Origin: Tubulanus polymorphus
Lineage: Eukaryota > Animalia > Nemertea
Length of the DNA: 64,000 nucleotides
NCBI RefSeq assembly: GCF_964204645.1
Contig: NC_134027.1
Coordinates: 24,080,560 to 24,144,559 of the forward strand
Reading direction: 5' to 3'
Both the position numbers and the translations under genes were made by a program. Positions 11,384-23,049 of the stretch are shown one piece after another (positions within the stretch are counted from its first letter, which is position 1; each line of letters begins with the position of its first letter). Below the pieces are notes generated by a model. That model was not told the DNA's origin. It did not search any database and was given only the letters and a program-made list of their open reading frames with translations.

Positions 11384-12072
11384 TGTTTTGTTGAAACTTT
11401 GGGTAGTTTTGGTTGATCCATCTTACGATATACAACACATGCACACAAAGCTATTCGAAAAATAAAAATCTGAAAAGGGCGCGCTGTAAAACAGGGAAGG
11501 GTATGATTCTGTTGGTCTTAATATTCGGGTAAAGGGTATTTTCCCTGTCAAAAGGGCACCACTGCGAGAATGCCCCTTTCTAATGAATAAGCATCAAAAG
11601 ATTTGGAGACATTTTAAACCAGGAAATATCTCCTTTCACCTGCTGCAGACACTTGGGGAATTTTGTGTCATAACATGGAAAAATCAGGGAAAATTCAGGG
11701 AATTTGTAAATGCGTGGAAACAAGAATTCATGAATATTCTGTGGAAATTATTAGACAAAAACAAAAAAAAATCGTAATTGTACTGACATATTCAAATATT
11801 ATTCCATTTTGGGGTTATTTGAATATGATAATGATAAAATATGCTTTTATATAGCGCTATTTTCTAAAAGGACTCATTGCGCTTTACATAAAACACTAAT
11901 TTAACCCCAATAGAAAACACTGTAGAATTCCTCTAAGAATTAAAAGCATTAGGAACCATGACAGCTTTTAAAAGCAGGAATTGTAGGACTATCCCTTATA
12001 TGTTTTGTTAAAAGGTTCCCTAAAAAGGTGCCCTTCAACTAAAAAATATCCGTCTAAATTTCGAATTTTCAG

Positions 12073-12293
12073 ATAAGCGGCGTTGCAGTGGATATGAGCT
12101 CGGAAGCATGCTCTCTCACGACGCTGAATGCCGGCAAACTAGGAGTCTCGAATCGTTTGGAAATACATCGTCACGAGATACTCGCGAACTCGGCTTCGAA
12201 TGAACTGTTTAAAGGCGTCTCGTTTGATTTGATAGTCAGCAATCCGCCGTACATACCGACCGCCGATATGCAGCATTTACCGGACGAAATCAG
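12073..12293 (+). CDS. HEMK1: HEMK1 coding exon 5 (catalytic NPPY)
   Basis: VAVDMS...FDLIVSNPPYIP; ttttcag acceptor, AG|gttagg donor. Confidence 0.95.
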
Positions 12294-12602
12294 GTTAGGT
12301 TCTATTTCTTATTTATTCATTATCAGGCCTGTAGAATGGTGGGGGGGGGGGTAGTTGGGGTAGGGCTTTGAACTAGTTGCAGGGTCTCTAAAACTCCTTG
12401 ATTCCTTAATAAAAACACCTTCTAAATGGAAATGCTTTTAAGGGTGTTAGAAACTACTTTAATTTGAGCAAAATGTGAGAAACTTCTTTAATGGTTTGCC
12501 GCGAAAAGCATTAGCAATTTAAGAGTTTACTGTAATTAGGATATAGATTAAGTGATGCATATGCTTCCTCGAATTATGAAAATCCTTTGATAATAGTTAT
12601 AA

Positions 12603-12775
12603 CAGTGGAACCTCGTTACAACAAGCTCATATACAAGGATTCATCCGATAGTAGAAATTAGAATTTGGTCCCAAGTAAGATAATATGATTAATTTCATCC
12701 TGGATATAATGAACAATCGGTTATAACGAACATATATTCTAGTCCCATGAAGTTCGCTGTACGGAGGTTCCACTG
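12603..12775. mobile_element. Tc1/mariner (pogo/Tigger-like) MITE
   Basis: TIR CAGTGGAACCTC...GAGGTTCCACTG followed by TA; the left flank is AA rather than TA. Confidence 0.7.
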
Positions 12776-13183
12776 TATCTAGGCTTGGAGTAATCGATTA
12801 CTCCAAAATCTCGGAATATCTGATCTGTACGACCCTGAGTTAGTTCCACTCATTTTTTAATTCGATACAGTTGGGACTTGGATTTATTCTAAACCTAATT
12901 CGGCGGTGTTTACAGAATTAGAAAGTTGAGTATTCTACAAATTGTGTACTTTCAATGCTTTAAAAATCTAACTTAATTGGATTATACACAGATGAACATA
13001 TTCCATGTCTGTATTTATTAATACATCAAAAACAAAAACAATGCCAGTATTCGTATTGATTTTCATTTAATATCAGTCAGTAAAACTTTGTATTTCAATT
13101 TTAAACCAACACATCAACAGCTGCTAGCTTATAGTGCACAGTGTATGAATGAATGCCGTATTTGACGCAAGCAGAGTATGTGT

Positions 13184-13255
13184 GGCCTGTTGGTCTAGGG
13201 GTATGATTCTCGCTTTGGGTGCGAGAGGTCCCGGGTTCAAATCCCGGACAGGCCC
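13184..13255 (+). tRNA. tRNA-Pro(UGG)
   Basis: 72 nt, acceptor stem GGCCTGT/ACAGGCC, anticodon loop TTTGGGT, GTTCAAATC T-loop, T5 terminator at 13263-13267. Confidence 0.97.
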
Positions 13256-14498
13256 AGAATTATTTTTGCATGATTACTCGCCCGTTTCAATTTTTAAAAC
13301 GTTGGAAATACTCGATTTTGTAGAAAACTGCTGAGCAGAGCTTTCGATCCAAATCCATGGATGGTCGTCAACGTACTACGCGTGCACGTGCACACGCAAT
13401 ATATTGTCCCGAACATGAGGGATTTGGTATCAACCCCCATCCAGTAGAGTGGGGCGGTGGTTCGAGATCTGTTTGGCTTCCTCCTTATTTGTCTTTTGAA
13501 CCAGTTTGGTTGCCTATAGAACACCGACACATCTCAAGTGTCCTTCATAAGCAAAAGTCGGCTCGATGATCCCAGTAACTTTTTTTTTTGTCTCTGTTTT
13601 AATTTGTTGCCAAGTCAATTAAAGAACCCTCTAAATACTTTTCAGTGTTCATCATGGGTATTTAAAAGGGAATACCTAGCACAGAATTGAGAAAATCCTT
13701 TTAAGACCTGGAATAGCAATGAAATAGCAAAACGAAAATGGATATGGACAAAGTAATGGGGCTGGTTGTTTGTTTATTGATTGAGAAAGTTGTTTGAGTT
13801 AAAGATACACGTTTTGAACGCTCGAATTGGTTGAATAACTATGAATCTTCATGGAGAACATTGAAAATGATGATAGGACATTGGAAATTGAAGAGGCAAT
13901 CAAATTAGTGACAGTTTGAATACTCATTGGTACTAGATGCAGTTTCATAATTGGTTGAATTTTAAATGGTTTTGTTTTAGTTGTCGATGTGTTTGAAGTA
14001 ACCCAGTAGCATACGTACAGTCCAAATGTGAGGTTTCGTTGTAATTTGGCAACAATTATAGGGGCAGATTTAAGGGATGGTCTTCCCTTTTCGTCAAGTG
14101 AAAGATCTTTTGAATCTGCAAATTTGACACTCATACATTTGGAAATTGCATATTTTTTCCGACTCATTTCTTCAGAAATATCAAATAATGTGGGTGGAAC
14201 CTAGCAGCCTATTAAAATGCCTTTTCATCTTATCGTCTAGACCCCGACCTTCCAAATTTCCTACATCCGCCCCTGGATTATGATATTTCGCATCTACACA
14301 GTCAAATATTAGCGACTAATCCAAAAATCTCGATGGGTTTTTCATGAGAAATGCGCTCTGTGTCTCGGAATGTTTGAAATAGTCAAAAAGATATCTATTA
14401 ATCTAGCTTCTTTTAGAACGAAATTTATTCTTGTGCTTAAACAATTAAGCCCTGTAGTAATATCGAATAGATGATGATGCTTTCATATTATTTTTTAG

Positions 14499-14597
14499 TA
14501 AATTTGAAGATAGCGCAGCACTTCATGGTGGTTCTGATGGACTCGATGTCGTTAGAAATATCTTGAAATTTTCAAGCGAGCTATTGAAGCCGAATGG
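14499..14597 (+). CDS. HEMK1: HEMK1 coding exon 6 (FEDSAALHGGSDGLDVVRNIL...LLKPNG)
   Basis: Conserved E-x-x-x-AL-x-GG-x-DGL motif; ttttag acceptor, gtgag donor; 99 nt, phase 2-2. Confidence 0.93.
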
Positions 14598-14637
14598 GTG
14601 AGTAAAAAAGTCAAAAAATTATGCGGAAAAAATATTT

Positions 14638-14709
14638 GGGCCTGTCCGGGATTTGAACCCGGGACCTCTCGCACCCAAAGCGAGAATCATACCCCTAGAC
14701 CAACAGGCC
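14638..14709 (-). tRNA. tRNA-Pro(UGG), identical second copy
   Basis: Exact reverse complement of 13184-13255. T6 terminator on the minus strand at 14627-14632. Confidence 0.97.
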
Positions 14710-15508
14710 GCACATACTATCTCTACGTCGAATACGGCATTCATTCATACACTATGTAAAGCTACCAGCTGTTAATGTAATGGCTGGGATATACACTGTG
14801 CCGATGCATTGTAATATGATAACTGGCATCGCGATGAATAGATAAGATAATAGCGTACACCACAGTCTGACGTTGAGAATAGATTTAAACTTAGAACCTG
14901 CTATTATGAAATTATGATGATTTAGAATGAAATTTATTACTCAAGAATAAAAGATAATAGAAATGACATTTCGAACTTTCTCTAGAGTGGTCAGAATAGT
15001 AATACCTGACGATGGTTTGATGAGTCTGAAACGCTGCGCGGTTGTGTCTTTTATTTTTGATACCCGAGTAATATACTTTTGTTTTAAATCGTATGAATTT
15101 GTATACAGCATGTTTTAAAATTAAGATTGCCGAAATTGAGGTCATCAATTGATACAGATGATAAGATACTTCAATAAATTGTTTAAAAAGTTGATTATCT
15201 TAATTTTAACGTACACATTGTATACTGATAGGCATGTATGAAGTAGGAGATGCAAAATGTTATTTCACAAGAACAGAAAGAGTTGCTGATTATTCCGATA
15301 ATAACTTTGATTTGATTAAGAATGAATCATGAAGGAACAATTTTTTGAACAATGCTTTTGAATGTTTTCACAATTTTCGAGTTGATTAGTCAAATACTCA
15401 TTAATTTCAATAGCTTTTATCAATTACGAACATCTTCGATTGCTTGATGATTAAGTACTCATCAATAAACCACGGATGGGAGTGTAATTTTTCGAACTGA
15501 TATTTAAG

Positions 15509-15629
15509 GGTGTTATGGATGGAGTTGGACAGGACTCACCCGAGTCAAATACAGCACGTTCTGAGGCAGTTAAAACTTGACGGTGAATTTGGCGACTTAC
15601 GAACGGAAATTGACTTCATGAAATGGTAA
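15509..15629 (+). CDS. HEMK1: HEMK1 coding exon 7 (VLWMELDRTHPSQI...IDFMKW*); 3' end uncertain
   Basis: In phase with exon 6; G-x-L-x-x-E-x-D-x-x-HP motif. Ends at TAA 15627-15629 or splices at TG|gtaat. Confidence 0.8.
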
Positions 15630-17600
15630 TTTTAAACGATCATTTTCATCATTTCATTCAATCATCGATCATTTTATTTTTTCATCAGTAATCAATTTCA
15701 GAGGTTCCGCTGTGGGCCAATATCGCATATTGTACTATCCGATAGGGTAAATAGATTGTCCAAAATGGATGTCCAGATATTTTGTTCCTCTTAGTAAACT
15801 TTTCTTACAAAGTCTTACTTGACCCGGGTATCCAAATGATGAAAATTTTTTTTTTGTTATGGGAAAATGATAAAAACTGGTCCATCCAAATTATTCCGAT
15901 TGTTGACATAGCCAGGGACAAGTTTCACAGAATGACTTAAAACTGATGAAACTTCGATAATGAAATGCTTAGTGAAACAGCTCCCATCATCATCAATCAC
16001 ATTGAATATCTTTACTCCAAAATATCAGAATTATTAAATTCTTTTAGTCTAAAAGCCCAAAAATCTTATATCGATATAATTTTCCCCTGGCAAAAAATCA
16101 TTACCCTCGATGAATATCTAATCGGTATAGATATTCACCATGATATCCTATCGTCTTTCAGTCCTAGGTTTTGCCGCCTGGTAAAATTAACACCACCGAA
16201 TACGTAGCAGCGCTGATCACCTGTAGCCTCCTCGGGCTATTTAAGGTTCAAGAATAGTCGGGCAGAGTTTCGGGAAGCCGAGTTCTGAAGAACTGCGGTC
16301 AAAATCGTCAGACCAATTATTCGGCGAAGTTGAGACTGGTGAAATTCTAGAGAAGTCAGTGAAATCGTGGACGTTTAGATAAGTTATAAATCCATGGTGA
16401 AATACAGCGGACTATGTTGTATCTTGCCTCCTCAGTTCCTGATGGAAGTACAGTGAAAATTGTATACCGCTTCATGATTATTGATTATTGAATGACTTCG
16501 CTAAATACAGCTGACATGACTTAAAGATGGCCAAACATGACTGGGTGTAGTCGAGAAATACAGTTGATTCTGTCTTACCCCAGAACAGATGGGACCTGAA
16601 TGGAACCTCGTAAATATGAATCTTGTGGACGAAAGTGAAATTGTCATATTAAACTGATTTCGTATTATCTAATTTTTGATATAAATACCTTAGCTGTGAC
16701 ATTTTCATAATTTAACAGGTTCAGCTGTAATTGTTTAGCTAATTACTGATCAGTTGAGAAATACAGAAGAGTCCAGGTGGGTTCCGAGGGATCTGGAATA
16801 CCATTGGGCTTTGTCCTCGTTTGGCATGATTTGGCATATAGAAAGTGCCCCTGAAAACCACAAGTTTAATGTTAAATGCCTTTTTTGCCATGATTTGACA
16901 TAGAAAGTGCCCACCCCATAATAGTCAGTGCCCTTATACAACTCAGAATCCCCTCGAGATAGGGCCCTAGATCTGCCCCTGCAGTTAGACTGTTTGATGT
17001 ATAGTTAGGACTGGGTAGCATGGATCGGATCGAGAGTCACTATATTATTATGTACTTCCGCTGTCAGAACAACTGTGAATAAATAAACGAGAAAAACAAA
17101 TTTACCGAAGACAAAACTATGTTTTTATTCATTATTAATTGCATTGATAACAGGTCACTGTGTGGTATTTCATTTTAACAATAAAAATATACTGGATACA
17201 GTACAACAATTCCAACAAACAAGACCCCGCGCGAACCCCATCCCGGCCCCCAGTAAACCCCTCTCAAACCGCCTGGTTAGTGGCGGTTCGACCCAAATCC
17301 CTTCTTATACTTAACAATCGGGACCCAGTTCCGGTTATGGGTTAAAATAAGTTCATTTACAATCAATTCTTATTTCAGAACTGTGGAATTACCTCCCTTA
17401 ACTTCCACTCTTTCGTCATTTTAAAATAAGCTAATTTCAGATGATTTAGCCTAGAATCAAATTTGAACCATTGAACAATCTTAGAGTAACTAGGTCCATT
17501 ATTTTTCATTCTTTCGTATATAACTACAAATTCGCTGCGGCCTAACACCTTGTCATTAGTATTCTAAGTAACACGTTCAATACCGCCATGTTTCCTCTTA

Positions 17601-17800
17601 ATTGTCACTACGAGTTATTTCGTAGCTAGCAATGGATCTATCAGATAGTCGGCCATTGTTCAAAATTGGCCAATGAGCATTGAGAATGAAGCAGAGATGG
17701 TTTAGGTTCACATTGCCAGCCAATCTGGAACTGTGTTATTCTCGTGTGCCAGAGAATGTGTTTCAAGAATTGGAACTACGAGATAACTCATAGTGACAAT
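17601..17800. mobile_element. MITE with about 32-bp TIRs
   Basis: attgtcactacgagttatttcgtag at 17601 is the inverse of ctacgagataactcatagtgacaat ending at 17800. Confidence 0.6.
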
Positions 17801-17996
17801 GATGGCTGAACTGTAACTACGAGATAACTCATAGTGGCAATGATGGCTGAACTGATACTACGAGATAACTCGGAGTAACAATGATGGCTGTACTGTAACT
17901 ACGAGATAACTCATAGTGGCAATGATAATAGAATCGGAACTATGAGATAACTCGTAGTAGCAATGATGGCTGAACCGGAACTACAAGATAACTCGT
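17771..17996. repeat. Tandem array, about 41-bp unit, about 5.5 copies
   Basis: aactacgagataactcatagtg(a/g)caatgatggctgaac repeated. Confidence 0.9.
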
Positions 17997-19271
17997 TAAT
18001 AAATACCTCTAAATATCATACATACTAAATCATTTTACATCGTCGATTGGAGGCTAAAGGGTTAGAACTAAATGCAATATATACTATTGTCATGAAGGCA
18101 GCAACTAAAAACGAACTGGACACAAGAAAGCTGGTAATATTTCAGCTTGATCATAAATATCATTTGTGAGGAGGAAAAAACCTCACGAGGAATTCACGTG
18201 TCATCTGATTTCAGGGCTGTTCAACCACTGAAAATGCAACCAGATATGATATTTTTCAGGAACATTTCATTTCAAATACGAAAGTAAATGTCCAAATTAA
18301 TCGGTTATCGATGATTAGCTTCTCGGTAACATCTTTCACATTTCTGTACGCGTTAAATCAAATCAATATTTCACAGGACAAAAATACATGCAGTTAACCT
18401 CGCATAACTCGGACAAACTGGGAATCACCAATAATTGAGTTAAGCGAAATCAGAGTTAAAAGATCGGAAAATGATTTCGTTTTTTGTCCCGAGTTAGTCG
18501 AAAGTCGGAGTAAGGCGAGATTTACTGCGTTAACAAATTACTGAAAATCAGCGACGGCTATTTCACCACTAATGAAGATAATGCTTTGTTATTTATATGT
18601 ACATGCACGTATAACTTACACTCACACACATGGTATAAATACGCTGCCATCAAATTGAATTATATAGTTGGAATGATCTAATTTTACTTATTTTTTTTTT
18701 TTAACTGACCACACAAGGTATTACTGACCACTCGCCAGGGCTCGAATGCCTCCGAACCGTGGCGAGTGAGGACGACTACGAAATGGAGCTGATTTAAAGA
18801 TAAGAACAGGCCTTTCAATACAAACTTATTTTCGTTGAAGGAATTATCTATCATCAATGAACAGCCTGGACCCCGCACCCCTTCAGAGATCATACGCTCT
18901 TCATCCGAGGCATTTTCTAACGAAAATGAACTACAAACACCAGACATCCTTTAAAGTTTCGATTGTCCAGGCCTCACCAGATATTTATTTTATTGAAAAT
19001 GAACTAACGAACACCAAAAATTAGACATCAACCAGCACACTGAAAAACTATTAGTTACTAATCATCACATTGTTCGGTATTCGCCAGAGATATTTTTGAT
19101 TGAAAATGAGCAATCAACATTAGGCATTTCATCAGTTCATTTTCAAAAACTGATCATCCACACTTCACAACATAATGGTTTATATCCGAATGAAGGGCTG
19201 GTTCCAGGCTGCTCACTAGTACCTACATTATCAATTCCATCGGTTTATGTCGAAAATCATTTCAGTACCTG

Positions 19272-19380
19272 GGGCCGGTTCTATAGACTGGTATTAACTT
19301 TAACCTTGCGGCTAACTTAATTCATTTTCAATTGAGTTAGCCCCCGGGTTAAAGATAATACCAGTCGATAAAACCGGGCC
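19272..19380. mobile_element. Harbinger-like MITE with CTG TSD
   Basis: GGGCCGGTT...AACCGGGCC imperfect TIRs; CTG on both sides. Confidence 0.65.
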
Positions 19381-19999
19381 CTGGTATTTAACAATCGACA
19401 CTGTACGCGAATCGAAAGGTTTTGATGAAGAACCGTCTGACTACGCGACGATCGATATGTAAATTTGGTATATTCTATCCATGCATAGTTTGACAATACC
19501 TACCTATATATACATACGTTACGATAGAAAAAACTAACAACACTTTTTCTTCATCGGCAAAATTTCTAAACGACACAGTCGTAGTAAGTTGAATTGAACA
19601 TGAACTAACGTCGACCTTTTCAACGACGACATCTAAAGAATTCCGCCCTAGTTTTCCCGGTACACGTACATCGATAAAATAAGATCACTAGTTAAAACAA
19701 TTTTCGAGCGAATAAAAAATTCCACTAGTTTCAACGTATAAAGGGCTCACTTTTCAATACAATTTGCAGTTTTCAAAGTTTCAAAGTCCATGTATTTTGT
19801 TCAGTCAAATTGGCATTGGTCGTTCTAGAGTTTCTACACATGTAGTACATTGTATAATAATCATAACAACATAAGCTAACAATAGTTTGAATGATTCATC
19901 TGAACAGTTAGTTAGTTTGAACTGGCATGCTGCAGCTGGTTTTAAATTTATTTCAGGCCGAGGGGTTTAGTCTTTGAAATGAAGGCATTCAACACACCT

Positions 20000-20460
20000 C
20001 AGTGCTGGTTTTAGTCAGTATAGAGGCTGAGTGCTGGTTCAAGTAAGTCCAACTTCAGTGCTAGTTTAAATCAGCATCAGGGCCGAGTTAGTCCCCAGCA
20101 GTGCTGGTTTTGGTCAGCATAAGGGCTCAGTTAGTCCAGCCTCAGTGCTGGTTTTAGTCAGCATCAAGGCTGAGTTAGTCCCCAGCAGTGCTGGTTTTGG
20201 AGAGCATCGGGGCTCAGTTAGTGCACCCTCAGTGCTGGTTTTAGTTAACACACAGTCTGAGTTAGTCCCCAAAAGTGCTGGTTTAAGTCAATATACAGAA
20301 TGAGTTAGTCCCAAGCAGTGATTTTAGTCAGCATACGGGCTGAGCTAGTCCCTAGCACTGCTGGTTTTAGTCAGTATATAGGCTGAGCTAGTCCCTAGCA
20401 GTGCTGGTTTTAGTCAGTATACAGGCTGAGTTCGTCTGCCCTCAGCCCTGGTTCTAGTCG
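20000..20460. repeat. Minisatellite, about 43-bp unit
   Basis: cagtgctggttttagtcagcat...ggctgagttagtccc repeated about 11 times. Confidence 0.9.
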
Positions 20461-22116
20461 GTATATCTAGTGCTCTATTCAAACTATGATCTATAGCTAA
20501 CTAGATTTCTAACTTCGCACAACTAGAAGATCAGCGAATCTTGATGCGTGATACAGTTTCACTTGTCGTATAAAGAGTCTTTTTTGATAACTTCGTCGTC
20601 AAAACTTTCTAATCACTAAATTATAATTGATAATAGGGCCTGGTTTCATCGAACATTGTGCTCCTATTTTCGATGAATTCAACCATCGAAATCAATTGTT
20701 GTACAGTAGACTCAACTCGAGTCAGATCAACCTATCAACTCCGATAACTGTTCAATGCTGGATGTTTGATGAAATATTTTTGGGACACTATGAAATACAA
20801 ACATCCAACTCGGACAGATTTTAATTATCCCAAAAGGTCCGACTTGAGCGGCGTCAACTGTGGCGAAAACTCTATAGCGGAGTCAAAATCGGAACTCGCA
20901 ACTTCGCGATAATTGAATCCAGAAACAGATGAAATTATCAGGTTTTTGATAGAATATGGATATTGTTTGGAATGTTTCATTAATCATAAATGCGTCATGC
21001 GTCGTAGCACAGAAAAAACGGCGACAATTTCATTTTGGTTTTAACCCGGTCAGATTTGTGTTATTTCTAAAATTGATTTTCAGCTGAACGAAAGATGGGT
21101 CGAATTCGAACAGTTTCACCAACCCATCTAACTCATGCTGCAAGTATAGACCAGTAGCCCGCACCCGCGCAGAACGACGGTGCCAGATGGCAGATGGACA
21201 CTTTTACAGAACGTTTGGAACCCTTTGTCCCTTTAAAAACGAACAATTCAATCATTGCTTTAAAATGTTCCTAGGGGAAGCTAGCTATTCATGAAGTACA
21301 CACACTAATGCCAATAGGGCGAAGGTCTTTCCCTCATACACGCTTTAAACGCCGCGCCCTTCATGTAGAACAAACTGAGGCCTGTAGCGCAAGGAATATT
21401 TGGGTGGGTTCGAACGGCGGTCCAAGTTATAAGCGTAACGTTTCTGCTTAATATTTTCTTTTGAATTGGAAACGAGTGCAACTTAATTTTCGATGTCATT
21501 CAAAACCCGCAACGCGACAGGCCTGCTTGCCTTTTCCACAAAATCTTAAGCATTACGTTGATAGGGAGAAGTAGCCAATTTTCCACCGTCCCTTGTAGAT
21601 AGGTAGGTACTTCATGAATAACAGCCCCTCGCGCCGGATTCTTACAGACTTCCAAAACTTTTCCATACGGTTTTACCCAAATTAAAGATTTTTCATACCC
21701 CTAACTCAAACATTGCCTAGAATAGGGAGTGTAGACCCATTCAAGATAAATAAGTGCCAATTATCAATGACAAGGTAATTTCAAAAAGTTTGTCATCAAA
21801 TGGGTCACAAGACATTTAGGCATATAAGTTAGCCTAAAATTCAAATTAGGAGGAAAATTTTATTTCAAGACCCTTTTCCATAGCCAAAGAGAAGAAAACA
21901 AAATGTCCATAGCTTTCCAGGCGATGGAAAACAAATTCCCATTTTCCAAAACTTTCCAAGACCCGTAAGAACCTCGCTCACGAGTATTAACCAGGAATGA
22001 CGATAAGATTGCGTAATTAACGGCCAAATTCGATACAGATTTCGAGCCAAGTTACGTTCAACATAAATCTCAACGTAAATCAAATCGATAAAAAGACGTT
22101 AATTCATCGGCGGCTT

Positions 22117-23021
22117 TTATTTAGTATCGACGGCTCGATCGCGAATCAGCTTCGCTTGTCGGTAAACATCGGACGCCTCATCCAAATCGATATCCTCGTC
22201 GCCGGCGCCGTTCTCGACGCGACGCGCGGCGGACGCCGGCGACCCCGCGCACATGCTCAGAAACATTCGCTCGCCGTCCATGCTGTCGTACGAGAAGTCC
22301 AAAATATCGCCCGACGAATTCGAGCCGACGCTTCCGTAGCTGTATCGCTTCGTCGGGTCGTCGCCGGAGAATTTGCTCTTCTTCTTCAGAATTCCGCGCA
22401 GCTTGACGCCGCTGATGTAACTCGGCGGCGACGTCGACGCGACGTGTCCGTCTGCCATCCGTTCGGCGGGGATCCCCGACGGCGGCGACATCGAATCGAA
22501 ACCGTCGAGCGCGGCGTCGATGTCGCGCAGGTCGAAGAAATCGCCGCCGTTACGCGCCGGAGACGATTGCTCGTCGTCCTCGGCGGTGGCGCCACCGCGC
22601 TGATTCACCTGCTCGGCGTCGAGTATCACGCAGCCGCTGTCGCCGCTGCGGTATTTCTGCCGGCGTTCGAAGTTGTTTTTCAGGATGCCGCGTATCGGTT
22701 TACTCTCGGTCGGTTTCTTACGTTCGAGCGACGACGGTTTACGACGCGTCGGTTTCTCGTCGGACGCGCGTCGACCATTCGCCGCCGACGACCCATCGAC
22801 CGTCGACTCGTCGTCGTTATCGCTGTCCGATGAATACGCGAACGAGCCGTCGACGTGGCGACATCGCGTCGTCATGTTGTACGATCGATCGCTGATGAGA
22901 CCCTGTTCGATCGCCGAGTAAGTGTAACCCACGTTTATCCACCAATGATCACAGATATCTTCGATTGTCGCTCGTTTCGCCGGATCAACGGCTAACAGCT
23001 GACGTATTAGACTAGATGCAT
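22117..23021 (-). CDS. NUAK: NUAK family kinase, last coding exon
   Basis: DASSLIRQLLAVDPAKRATIEDICDHWWINVGY, two (R/K)GILK motifs and DSGC in the tail as in NUAK1/2. Acceptor at 23022-23023, stop at 22117. Confidence 0.95.
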
Positions 23022-23049
23022 CTACAATATACAAATACATCCACAGATC

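Noticed and set aside
17771-17996. Regularly spaced repeats resembling a CRISPR array (also 20000-20460, 32992-33440, 59040-59590)
   Set aside because: Units are contiguous with no unique spacers, there are no cas genes, and the context is eukaryotic.
22156-22833. 225-aa plus-strand ORF
   Set aside because: Antisense shadow of the GC-rich NUAK last exon; no recognisable motifs.
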